NCBI GenBank assembly: GCA_951406725.2
Contig: OX597815.1
Coordinates: 62,001-126,000, forward strand
Reading direction: 5' to 3'
Length of the DNA: 64,000 nucleotides
Source of the DNA: Octopus vulgaris
Lineage: Eukaryota
The position numbers and the translations under genes are program-made. This document shows, piece after piece, positions 13,995 through 26,600 of the stretch (position 1 is its first letter; each line of letters opens with the position of its first letter). Under the pieces are notes generated by a model. It was not told where the DNA came from, searched no databases, and worked only from the letters and a program-made list of their open reading frames with translations.

Positions 13995-14938
13995 GTGATG
14001 GTGAAACTCTCCCCTTGAGAACCTTTCAGCTTCCATATTCACATTTGTATTTATTTAAAAATACAGAAAGATAATCACAGTGTTATTCTTTTTACATATT
14101 TTAAAGCTAAAATCTATAATTAATAATTAAAACAATTAAGGAATTGTAATTAGTAATGTTAGAGTGCCACTCTGAATAATTTTTGATATGTGGCATTGTG
14201 TTTTGAGTTTCTCTGGGATCAACTTTGTTTTTCCCAACTATTTGGAGTCGATAAAATGTTTGCTGTTATTATGATGGAATTGATTCAATCGACTTACATG
14301 TCACCCCTCCCCACTACACACGCACAGATTGGATGTGTGTCTAATTAAAATAAATCAATAAGTAACACTAATTTATGAGCTTTGTTGAATAATTGCAATC
14401 ACTGCTATTTTTTCCTGCAGTTCTCCCACTTTCTTAGTACAACATTGTACTTCATTACTCCTGCATTGTGTCTAGTTTTCATTCCTCTTTTAACTATATT
14501 CAGGAAAACCTTTACTGTCAGTTTCAGAGTCTGTGTTTAATGAACATCCAGTCTTCTCGATGTCACATCACTTAACAATTGCAGTTATTCTTAACTTTTA
14601 GTAAATTGAGTAAAGAAAAGAATTGTTTTCCAACATTTTCTTTTTATTTGGTGCCCAGTTTTTTTCCCCCTCATCTTAAAGTAATTACTTATAAAAAAAA
14701 ATAATGATACTTGATACCTTCTGATTTGAAACATATTTGAGAAAGTTTGTACCTCCGTGAAATTAAAATAAATAGTCCATTCTGGCATTACGAAGAGACT
14801 GTGTCAGGCATGGTTCTGCCCACATGGCAACAAATTTGTTTAATCTTAATAACAAGAGTTTAACCTTAATTGCAGGATCAAAGAAAAGAATACTTAGAAA
14901 ACAGAATAATTTCCCCTATACTGGCATATATATGTATG

Positions 14939-14976
<38 letters not shown>

Positions 14977-15759
14977 CATGTATGCAGCACTATTTGTGTG
15001 ATAAGTTTTCTACAGCCAGGTGCCCTTCCTGCCCCCCCCCCTGTTTCCAAGAGGGTGATTATGCCAATAAATCTTGCAAACCAAATACATGTGTGTGTGT
15101 GTGATCATCATGTTACATCAATTTTCCTTGCTGGGTTTGGACTGCTCAGGGTCAGCACATATTCAGGTGGGTAGGTGGGGGTACTGCTCACTTTAAAGGT
15201 TTGAAGGATTGCACCTTACTTGTGTTTACTTTCAGCCTGGTTTTTATGGTTGGATGCCCTTTCTAATATCAACCACTTTGCAAAGTGTACTGCATGCCGT
15301 TTTTATAGTGCCTACACCAAGAAGGTGTCATGTCTTTGATAAAACTAAAAATGTCTCATAACCTCACACATTACAAAGTGTATTGGATGGCATGAGCACT
15401 GGAAAGGTAGCCCCTTGTACTTAACATATCTAAAGGAACCTCATAACTTCATAGGGCTACTTGCTAACTTCTTCACAGAGAGGTATGAATCATCATCATC
15501 ATAATTTAATGTCTGTTTTCCTTGCTGACATGGATTGGATGGCTTCACAGAAACCGGTAAGGTCACACCAAGTGCCATAGTCTGTTTTGGCTTGGTTTCT
15601 ACTGCTGGATGCTCTTCCTAACACCAACCACTCCACAAAGTATATTGGGTACTTTTTATGTGGCACCATTATAGGTGCTTTTTAAGTGGCACCAGTGCTT
15701 TTTATGTGGTACCTTGATTTTAGAATCTCAATTCTGTTTTGGTGGATGGGTTTTCTCAA

Positions 15760-16560
15760 GTACAGCAATGGAAGTTGATAACGAAACATCTTTGTCAGTA
15801 ATTAGTGAAACTACCCTCACTCAACTACAAAGTACTGACAGACAATTACAAATTCTTCCAACTACTGCCAAAGTACTTCTACTACTGAGACTATCACTCA
15901 ACTAGAAACTATTAAGGTAGCTAGTACATATGGAGGTTAGAAAAAGGACTTAGCATTTATGCTGACTGCTGTGAATGGTCAACTCTGCTGGATTGAAATT
16001 GGCTGTGACACCTCTGACTGAATTGGGAGAAACTATTCAGAATGTTGCCTGGGCAATTCTTGGTATAGTCCTGCAACAAAAGCTGTCTGTTCTAAAATAA
16101 GTATGGTGAGGTGTTCAGTAAAGGTACAGCTATAGGTATCAAACTTCACATCAAGCTCAACTCCAAAACTCTACAATAGTTTCTCAAACCTACCCCTGTT
16201 CCTCCATATGCTCTGAAAGAAGGGATTTCAGTTGAACTTGACAAATTACTGTAAGAAGGTATTTATCAGCTTGTAAATTTCTCAGAATGGATTTCTCTAA
16301 AAGTTCCAGTTGTAGAGAATGTTGTAACTATAAGAATCTGTGAAGACTTTAAGGAAACTGTCAACAAATCGGTCACCTGTGACAAATGTCCACTTTCAAA
16401 ATCTGAAGATTTGCTAGGCAACCTTGAATAGAGGAAAAGTTTAGAAGGCTTAACCTTAGCAATATGTATAAACAATTGTTTTTTGAGGAGAACTCTCGGG
16501 ATCAACAGTGATTATTCACAGTGGACTTTTTTACTCTGGGTTGCAATTTCCAATGTGAAA
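15760..16560 (+). pseudogene. Gypsy-type LTR retrotransposon pol remnant (protease and RT)
   Basis: MEVDNETSLSVISE (decayed DTGAS protease motif) and YALKEGISVELDKLL*EGIYQLVNFSEWISLKVPVV...IRICEDFKETVNK...CPLSKSEDL (RT N-terminus), with stops and frameshifts. Confidence 0.8.
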
Positions 16561-17357
16561 TAAAAAATTGTTTATACTCCACCACATGAAACAAGATTGA
16601 GCCCTTCTACTGTATCAGAACAGCCTAGTAGGCCTCAAGTCATTATATGACCCAGCTGAAAGCAGAGGCTACATTCCTGTCTTTGTGATTATCAAGTTCA
16701 ATGGTTTTGTAAACAAAAGAGCAAAATAGTGTTGTAGTCTTAGATATTAGTCACAGAAAACTAAGTTACTATGTTAACCCCCGCCCCTTTATGGTTTTTT
16801 TTATAACGAGTCAGCCCTACCTTTTATGGTGCTACTATAATGAGTTATCCCTTCCCCTACATCATTTCATGGGGTTACTCGTAAAGCAATGTTTTCTTTT
16901 ATTGAGAAGCTAACCCTAATTTTGTTTTGGTTAATTTCCTGGCAAGCCCTGTCTGGAGCTCATCCCTTCAGTTAGAAATTACAAGAAATAATTATATTGT
17001 ATAGGTGTGAAAGTGTGGCTAAGAAGGTCCCTTGTAAACCATGTTGTTTCAGATTCAATCCCACTGGACAGCATGTTGGGTAAGTGTCTTCTGCTTGAGC
17101 CCCAGGCTGACCAAACACTTCTCAGTGGATTTGGTGGTTAGTGACTGAAAGGAGTTTGGCAGAATCGTTAGTGCACTGGACATGTGCTTATCTGCATTTC
17201 GTTTGTCTTAACAGTTTAAGTTCAAATTCTGCCTTTCATCCTTTTGGAGTTGATAAAATAAGTACCAGTTGAATACTGGGGTTGGTGCAACCAACTTACT
17301 GCCTACTTTGATATTGCTGACCTTGTGCCAAACTTTGACACCAATATATATTTATAG

Positions 17358-17787
17358 TTGCAGGTGTGACTGTGTGGTAAGCACATTGCTTCCCAACCAC
17401 GTAGTTCCAGGTTCAGTTCTGCTGTGTGGCACCTTAAGAAGGTGTCTCCTACTATACTCCTGGTCTGATCAAAGACTTGTGAGTAGATTTGGTGGATGGA
17501 AGCTGAAAGAAGCCTGTTTTATATGTGTGTGTGTGTGTGTTTGTTTCCTTGTCTTCCCATCACATGATAGTTGTGAAATGATTGTCACTGTCACATACAT
17601 AGGCTATGTCATTCATTTCCAATTTTGAGAGAACCTGTTTGGTCATGGGAAAATATTATGTTGTTTGAAAACAGATGAGGGTTGAACAAGAAGGACATCT
17701 GCCTGTCAAAAGTTTGCCTTTAAAAAAAAAACTCCATCTGACCCATGCAAACATGGGAAAGTGGATCTTAAAATGACAATAACGATA
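17358..17787 (+). mobile_element. SINE with family-A tRNA head and RTE-type tail
   Basis: Head as in family A. The 3' part differs and ends GACCCATGCAAACATGGGAAAGTGGATCTTAAAATGAC. A second partial body lies at 17805-17965. Confidence 0.7.
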
Positions 17788-20700
17788 TGTACATGTTTTT
17801 GTATAGACCCTTGTCTTGGCATCATGTGATGGTTGTAAATAGCATTGCTGTCATACAAGCGCTGTTGTTTCCAGTCTTCTGTGAAAAACATATCTGCCCA
17901 TAGGGAAATATTATCTTGTTTGGAAAAAGGTAAGGGTTGGTGACAGGAAGGGCATCTGGCCCTCAATGAATTGAGAGACTACATTTGAAAACTGTCGTAT
18001 TATTTAAGTCCCATATTTAAGTCATCTCTGAAAAGTTAGTATACAGTATTGCACACATGCATATTTATATATAGACATACCTATATATATATATATATAT
18101 ATATATTCACATAAACACACACACCACCACCATCATCATTTAACATTCGTTGCCCATGCTGGCATGGGTTATATATATATATATATATATATAGACATAC
18201 GTGTATATGTACTCATGTATATATTTACGTACATGGAGATACACACACATACATACTGATGTCACTGCTATAGTTACCATTATACAGTCATTTCATTGAG
18301 TATTATTTACTGAAGTCTTCCTCCGTCTTTGAAGCCCCCGCCCCCACTTCAGAATATAAAGATGAAGTAGAATTAAAGTAGTACCAATTATGGACATTTC
18401 GCTCACTACATGTTCGGAGGGTCGATGCAAACCGCTCGTATTTTGGGACCAGTTTCTATTCCGTTCACTTCACTAAATGTTATGACTAATTGTTTCAAAT
18501 ATAACAGCTTTAGATTTCTCTTCGTTTGTCTTCTGTATCACAAGTATTTTTCGTATTCTTGCCAAGTCTTATCGACATAACTAAAGGGGTTTCATCTTCT
18601 AAAATGTAATAAAAAAAAATGTGGGGACGACTACAAAGGAAGAAGGGGGTTCATTCATGTACGTGTTTTGTTCGTTGGCCTGTTTTAAATAGCTTTTCAA
18701 AGTATGTGTGCTTACACATTGTAGATGTGTGTGTGTGGTAGTGACTGACACGAGTGGAGAGACTGGAAGAGATAGAGGCGGCGGCTACCTTGTTATGTTG
18801 AAGAAGACTGTTTTAATGGACGGGGAGTCCAATATTGGTGGAAAGTAAAGTTGTTAGATGAGGTACTGGGGAAATCTCGCAGCAGCTATTTACTGTGACT
18901 GACATTTGGTATTGTTAAGGCTAGTAGTAGTAGTGGTGGTGGTGGTGGTAGTTGTTGTGCCTCAAAGACTCCCTCATATTTGCCTTTGTTTTGCCTGCTC
19001 ATGTTTCTTTTCTTGTTGTCACATCAGCAGGAAGTCATCAACACAACCACCACACCCACACTTGACTGATATTCTAGTTATTCATTCATCTTATAAAAGA
19101 CCTCTCTTCCTTTCGTTTCCACTATTTCCCCTCACAAATGCTCCTTTTCTTTCTCTCTTTCTCTACTTAAATCCTATTAAAATGGAAACCTCACAACGAA
19201 TACAAAATATCGATTTAATTTTCCTATGGATTTGATTTTACTGATAAATTTAAGTAGTTTCTTTCCTATTTTTCCATTATACATTTTTTTTCTTTCTTGC
19301 TTCATCTATCTTCAGAAAATTTGTCTAAAAAATAATTTCAGTAAAAAACACATTCTCCTGCTTCAAATTGTTTTTATCACAATTTCTAAGTCTTCTAAAT
19401 TACAATTTCCCTCTCAACATATTCCCTTATCTCAAACGGCAACAATTCAACTTGAAATTTCTCTTGTGATAGTAGTGTAAGTTGTTGTTGGTGGTGGTGT
19501 GGTTGTGATGCTGTTAGTATTGTTGGTGATGTTGCTGTTGGTAGTGATGCTGTTGTTGATTGTCATAGTGGTAGTGATTGTGTTGGTGTGAAGATGATGT
19601 CGATTCTGTTGTTGTTTTGCTTCGTCTGCCAAAACCAAGCAGACCTTTGATCAAGGATATTTCAGTCGTTCTTTTTGTACTGTTATCCCTCGACTATCGC
19701 GGGCTTTACGTTCCACCCTCACCCCCGCGATACGGTGAGGGAGTACTGTAGGTCTCGCCCTACATTAATGTGTCCTTTTTAAGACAGTATGATATGAGTT
19801 TTAAAAAAAAGTGAGACTTATTTCTAGCAGGCCGAGCTAGTGTCATTTTTGGTAGTGTTGCTGTTGTTTCTTGTTGGGGGTAGCCTTGCTAGTATTAATA
19901 ATGATTGTGATGTTGTTACTCTAAGTTGTTACTAACAAGATACGAAATATCAAAATCCTGTAGTTTAGAAGAAAACATCCATAATAATCTTTGTAAATAT
20001 TCACATTGACTGCTGACGTTTTAATGGTAGTTTGTGGTACCACATCAAGTCTGAGAAAATGCGTGTGGCAACATAATAGTTGTCCATTCCCATGCAATGT
20101 CTAAGGTTTACGATGGTAACAACACACCATGTTTGATGAATGGATAGTGTCACCATATGTCTAATGGATGGATTATGTCACATGTTTGATGGATGGAGTG
20201 TGTCAGCACACCGTATGTAACATTTTGTCACTCCATCTTGCTGTTTAATCGTTGTGACACAGCAATGTGATCTGCAGGTGTTTCTGTGAAATCTCTGTGT
20301 CAGTTGGTGTTTGTCTTATTTCTGTGATTGCTTGTGACATTATACCGTGTTGTGATTGAAGTGATTGCAGAATGAGACACTTGTCATAAACTACTTTTAC
20401 ATTTTGGTATCTTAGTCTCCTCCCTCCATTCTAAAAATGATAGCAAGGCTCAGAATATATATATGTATTACCAATATATTTTGGTAAACACCCATATCTA
20501 ATCATAAATATATTATTATTTGGTGTGTTATGTCATTGAAAATTTGGTCTTTGGATTCCCTTAACTCTCTTTACCCTCAATAACATGTTAGTTCTTTTCT
20601 AGACTTCCCATTCAGACTCTCTAGGAATGAAAAAAAACCACAAGAGCTTTTTGTTTTTAATGCTAGAAAGTGCCACCAGTTAGGAATATATTGTTGTTGT

Positions 20701-21137
20701 TTACCCCAGATCAGTATTAACTGAACAAACGTATCATTATCTCATCTCATCTTTTGTTTTCACACTTAATATCCAATGTAGCTGCCCTTTTATTACTTTT
20801 TTTGCAAAGACAGTACTGCTTAATGTTCAGGAGATTTGACTGCTATTTCTAGCACATTAAATAACCATATGGATAGAGAACGGTATAGTTATAGGCTAGT
20901 TGAGCATTTTGTATCAATGTCACATTCCTTCATCACCATACCGAAATGAATTCTTTCAAATATCTGGAAGGCACTCTAAAGTAGGTGATAGCTACTGTTA
21001 CCTAGGTGACCTAACCAACAGTGGAAGAAGGGGGTGGTGTTTCAAAAGTACAGTAGTCAGAATAAGAATAGAGTAGAAGACATTCTGGAACTATCGGCTC
21101 TGTTGGCAAGACAGAGCTTCTGTGTCCAGGTGTATGA

Positions 21138-21465
21138 TGTAGGCTGTGTATACTGTATACAGTGTGTATGAAGCTTGGGTATTCAGTGTGGAAGTTAGAA
21201 AGGAAAAAAGCAAGTATAACCCACTGAACACACATAATGTTAGCATCCATGATAGACATAATACAAATGAGTTGAGAGAAGAACTGGTTCTAATTGGAAT
21301 CAGATGTAGTGTACATGGAGAAGACTGTAGTGGTATGGGCATTTGGTACACATGAAGGACGAGAGAGGTGGGGAAGAAGTGCCAAGGGATCTGAATGAAA
21401 GGAGCCTTTCAGTTTAAGGTAGTCCAGAAAGGACATGGAAAGAAATGGTGAGGATTGATTTCAGG
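21138..21465 (+). mobile_element. decayed RTE-like LINE fragment
   Basis: ELREELVLIGIRCSV plus frameshifted WYGH and RTWKEMV remnants resemble the RTE ORF C-terminus. Confidence 0.65.
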
Positions 21466-21834
21466 CACTAATATAGCTAGAGTGTGTGCTGTCTGTGGCA
21501 GCCCTTCTGTTTGCCACCCCCAGACTCCTCAAAAAACACATATTGCCTACAGCAGACCCAAAAGTGCTGCCCAGGGTGGATCACCCCCCCTACTGCCCCC
21601 TCCCCTAGCTATGCTAGTGATCTCAGGAGACTGATTCTTGTGAGAGAGATGACAATGAGGCAGCAAGCAGTGAGACGTGCTGGAGAAGAACCAGGAAAGA
21701 AAAGGCAAACTTAAAATGATGAGGAGGAGGAAGAGGAGTCCATATGTAAATCTGTCCATGTAAACTTTCTTTTAGATATTTACAATAATTTATTGGAAAT
21801 AGATTTCCAGGAATCACCGAAAACAAAACAAATC

Positions 21835-22192
21835 TGGCTGTCTGGTAAGAAGTTTGCTTCTCAATCGCATGGTTCCAGGTTCAGTCCCACTGCGTGGCAC
21901 CTTGGGCAAGTGTCTTCTACTATAGCCTCAAGACAACCAAAGCCTTGTGAGTGGATTTGGTTGATGGAAACTGAAAGAAGCCCTTTGTATGTATATCTAT
22001 GTCTATGTGTATGTTTGTCTTACTCCTCACTGCTTGCCAACAGGTGCTGGTGTGTTTACATCCCCATAACTTAACAGTTCAGCAAAAGAAATCGATGAAA
22101 TAGGTACCAAGCTTAAAAAGTAGGTACTGGGTTGATTTGTTAATCTCCGCAAGGTGGTGTCCTAGCATGGCCACAGTCTAATGACTGAAAAA
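21835..22192 (+). mobile_element. SINE family A
   Basis: A/B boxes, shared body and GGTGGTGTCCTAGCATGGCCACAGTCTAATGACTG tail. Confidence 0.85.
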
Positions 22193-22529
22193 AACCCCGC
22201 TCAAGGCTTTTGTTTTCTTGGAGTGATTCCTGGGAATATTGACCTGAGTGGTTGTCATGCTGCCTTCTCCAGACCCATGGCAGTTTTCAAGCTTAGCACT
22301 ACAGACTATAACACTAGTTATGTGGTTAAGAAGTTTGATTTGTCACTATATAGTCCCTAGTTGTGAAGCAGAAGACATTTGGCTAAGAAATGATGCACTT
22401 CTTTAATGCTAACCACTTTGCAGAAAGAACCCCTTTGACTGAGTCGGAGTGTAGTAGAGACGGAGATGGCCTTATGCCAGGTGTGTATATATGTATAATC
22501 CTAATCATCATTGTTTAATGATGTGTATG

Positions 22530-22570
<41 letters not shown>

Positions 22571-22849
22571 AACAAAACATATGAGAAAAGAAGCACAGTC
22601 TGAAGAATAGAGCAGTAATTATTAAAAGAAAAAGTTAAATTCTGGTCATAGAGTTACCAAAGATTTCGTATCCACGAAAGCCACAGCCTTGTGGAAAGCT
22701 CATAAAGACTCTACACAAAGACAAAAGAATTAAACTTTCTACCACTTGGACATGAGGAAATGCTCAGATATCGAGATTTAACAGCTAACGTATAATAACA
22801 TTAATGAACAGAAAGACCAAAGACAGAATGGACTGAAGGGGTCACACGA

Positions 22850-23040
22850 TCATCATCATCATCATCGTTTAACGTCCGTTCTCCATGCTAGCATGGGTTG
22901 GACGGTTCGACCAGGGATCTGGGAAGCCAGAAGGCTGCACCAGGCTCCAGTCTTATCTGGCAGTGTTTCTACAGCTGGATGCCCTTCCTAACGCCAACCA
23001 CTCCGTGAGTGTAGTGGGTGCTTTTTACGTGCCACCTGCA
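22850..23040 (-). mobile_element. SINE family B, 3' part
   Basis: (ATC)n followed by GTTTAACGTCCGTTCTCCATGCTAGCATGGGTT. Confidence 0.85.
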
Positions 23041-23225
23041 CGATGAATGATGAAATATTTCAGACAAAGGACAATAATAAAGTGGAAGTGAAAATGGAAG
23101 AACAAGTATATAGTGCCTATGTTTATTTGGCAAAAGAAAAACAAAAATGACCATCCCAAAAATATAACACACACACACATGCAAATATATGTGTATGTAT
23201 AAATTTGTGTGAGTTTATGCTCATA

Positions 23226-23631
23226 GGTGCAGGTGTGATTGTGTGGTAAGAAGTTTGCTTCTGAAACATGCTTCTGGGGTTCAGTTTCACTGCATGGTAC
23301 CTTGGGCAAGTGTCTTCTGCTTTAGCCTTGGGCTGATCAAAACCTTATGAGTGGTTTTGGTAGACAGAAACTGAAAGTGGCATGTCGTTTGTGTGTGTGT
23401 GTGTGTGTTTGTGCATTTGTGTCTGTTTGTCTCTCATCACTGCTTGACAACTGATATTGGCGTGTTTACATCCTTGTAATTTAGCAGCTTGGCAGAGGAG
23501 ACCAATAGAATAAGTACCAAGCTTAAAAAAGAGTAAGTACTGGGATTGATTTATTCTACTAAAATTCTTCAAGGTGGTGCCCCAGAATGGCCACAGTCTA
23601 AATGACTGAAGCAAAAGATAAAAGATAAAAA
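23226..23631 (+). mobile_element. full-length SINE family A
   Basis: Head, (GT)n, body, stem-loop and AAAAGAT-repeat tail. Confidence 0.85.
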
Positions 23632-26600
23632 TGTGTTTGATACATCATTGCCACTTAAAATAAAAAAAACTGGTGTTGTGTCAAAAAGACAACTTAAGCA
23701 CATTGATAAATCAAATAAGTAGTGGGTTTGATATGGCCAAGTAAATCCCATGAAGGAGTAGTGCTCCAGCATGGCTGCAATCTGGTGTCTGAAACTGGTA
23801 AAAGAATAACAGAAAAAGATGATCAGATATGATCTATTGTAATGTGGTTGTATATGTCATCATTGTTGCCAGTCAGTCTACTATGAGACTCCTATCCTTT
23901 GAAAGTTTGGCTCAGAGTAATAATAACTGCATGTAAATATGAGCAGAACACCCATCAATTTAATAGTGTTCCTACTACTTACAGTAGAGAAATGAATTTA
24001 ATGGAGTAATTATATGTTGGGTGAGATGCAGGTAAATGGAAGTAGTTGTTTAGCCCCAGATCCAATACCAATTGAGTAGATATGGGATTAAAAGCTTTCC
24101 ATCCATAAAGAATTTCATCTTTTTGCATCTGAAGCTCACTTACATCAGTTGACGCTTGAAAATGAAGTGAAACTTTCAACAATTTATTCTACTTTAAACC
24201 AACCATAATAGCAGGCCCAAATACCTTGTTCAAACCAAACAGATCTGGCCTCTCATGCATATACTACAATGTCATTCTAAAAATAAACAAACATTTAATC
24301 AAAGTTTTGAATCTATAAAATAATAATGTGAATAATATTTTTTAGATTTGTCAGATTAACCTGAATGCTAGAGAGCTAAGTAGATATAAAATGAAGATTA
24401 CAGCTCTGAGTTTTTAAAAACAAGTGGAAAAACGTCTGTTTCTATTTGAAAATTTCTTTGCTAGACACAAGGTTATAGCTAAACAAAGTCCATTTTTAGA
24501 CACAATATAATTGTTGCGTTAAAATGCACAGGAATTGACTAAGAGTCACAACATATAAGTCAATTGTGTACATTTGTTAAAAGCACAAGAGAGCAAGTTC
24601 AATGTCTTACATAGCTACATAGTTAATCATCAGTGATAGAATTCATTGATATTAAGTGCACTTGAATATAATAATGAGGACAAATTTCATTGAAACAGGA
24701 CTGAAGCATGTATATATCTGCCATGAACTAGTCCTTTTAAGGATTTTAGCTCAACTTTAGAAGTTAATAAAATGTTCATTAATTATACAATAAAACTGGT
24801 CATTGCAGCAGTAAGCTGTACCTACTCAGAGTTTTATTCATTGCATGTTTAACGAAGGCGGTGAGATGTAATTGTCTTGGCACAAATTCAGTGCGGTTAT
24901 GAATTGTCAATATTTATCTGGTAATTCAGTACTATGTAATATTCAATGAGTGGGGTACATACTGACTGCATTAGCTGGAAGCTTACTCCTTAACTTCTTG
25001 ATTATTTTGTCTTTTATTGAACTTTTGTCTTTTTAAATAAATTCTTCAGAATTTTCAAAGCTTATGTGCAGACTTGACATTGTACCTTGGCATCAGAACA
25101 AATCTCTTACAATCTCTGGTAGTTTTATGACAACCAGAACTCTAATATAACTAAAATAGCCAGACTTCTTCATCTGAACCAAAAAATACTTCAGTCTTGA
25201 AGACTTGCTGATATTCTACAGAGCATAATTTACATTCACACACCTGGCAATGGAGCAGCTATTATACACATACACTTGATTGTAATATTATCCTTTAACT
25301 GATTGGCAAACTGCCCTACCTAACAACTAGTTGCCAACTTACATGTTCTTTCCTCCATTTACCCTTATATCATAATTTCAAAACTTCTTGGTCTTCTCCA
25401 TGTTCTCATAAAATGGTAAGAAGAGAAGGGACAGTGCCCATGACAGTTGTAGTCCCTCTGGTATCAATGTGGTTCATGTTTAGTGTTGCCAAAACCCACC
25501 TAATGTATCTTTCTCTCCTCTTGCCCTTACTTCTAAATATCTTTCTTCAGGACCACATAATAATAAATGTAACCCAATTCTTTCTTCCCAGAACTGTGCC
25601 TCCTTGAAATTCCTCCTTTGCCCCTGTTTGATTTACAGTGATGCAAAGAAGTTCAAATTCAGCATGAACTGTATCTACCTGACCAGTCTGGAAGAGTGTG
25701 GAAAGATTAATGGTACTATTTGTCTTCAATTAAATAATAAAAAAAAGATGTTCTGTTTAGTTTATCGATGCCTTTCCCGTCCAACTACAGGGACAAACCA
25801 ATTTTAAGAACTTCTAAATGCTTACCAAATACATTGAATTTCACATACCAAATTTCAACCTCACTATCACACCAAGGTTTGAAATGATATTAGACTTTAA
25901 CCTCTCATCATTTGTAACTTTTGTAAAAAGAATTGTTAAGCAATAAAAATTTAAGCTAAATATAATTTAACTTCCTTATCATTATCCCTGCTAGTATTTT
26001 CATCTATCATCTTGTACAATCTAACCATCCATTCACCTTCTAACAATATTCTGTCCCAAATTCTTTGTCAATTCTCTCAATAACTTTTACTGTTTTATTT
26101 TAGACATTCTGTATGTAAGATAATAATTCCAATTGAAATAGTTAGCCATTAATATTTTCACTGTATAGTAATTAAAGTTGATAGGATGAAGTCAGTAATT
26201 CTATTTAAAATTGCTGTTGTTGTAGCATAGTCAATTCTGCTCATGTAGCCCTTATATCACAGCTAAATACTTTAAAGCAATTCCAAGATCAAACACCCTT
26301 TCCCGTTCGACAGTTGTCCAACCTTCTCTCTTAATACTTAAAGCTTCAAAAATATGGTCCATCATTCTAGACATGAAAACTGGTTGTAGAGTTAGTTGGT
26401 TGCTATATTGGACCAAATTGATTGATTACATAGAAGCTTTCTTTTGTGACATTTAGTTTTGTGTCTGTTTGTCTTGGATCACTATTTGCTGGCAATAATA
26501 GAATAAGTGAGTGTTATAGGTGGCCTCAGTTAATTATATCTACCATTTATTAGAAAGACAACCTTGTGTCTTGCCTAAGACAATTATTTATTCTATATAT

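Noticed and set aside
25000-26340. Possible decayed retroelement on the minus strand (also 46400-47210)
   Set aside because: The composition is suggestive, but no diagnostic protein motif could be recovered by eye.
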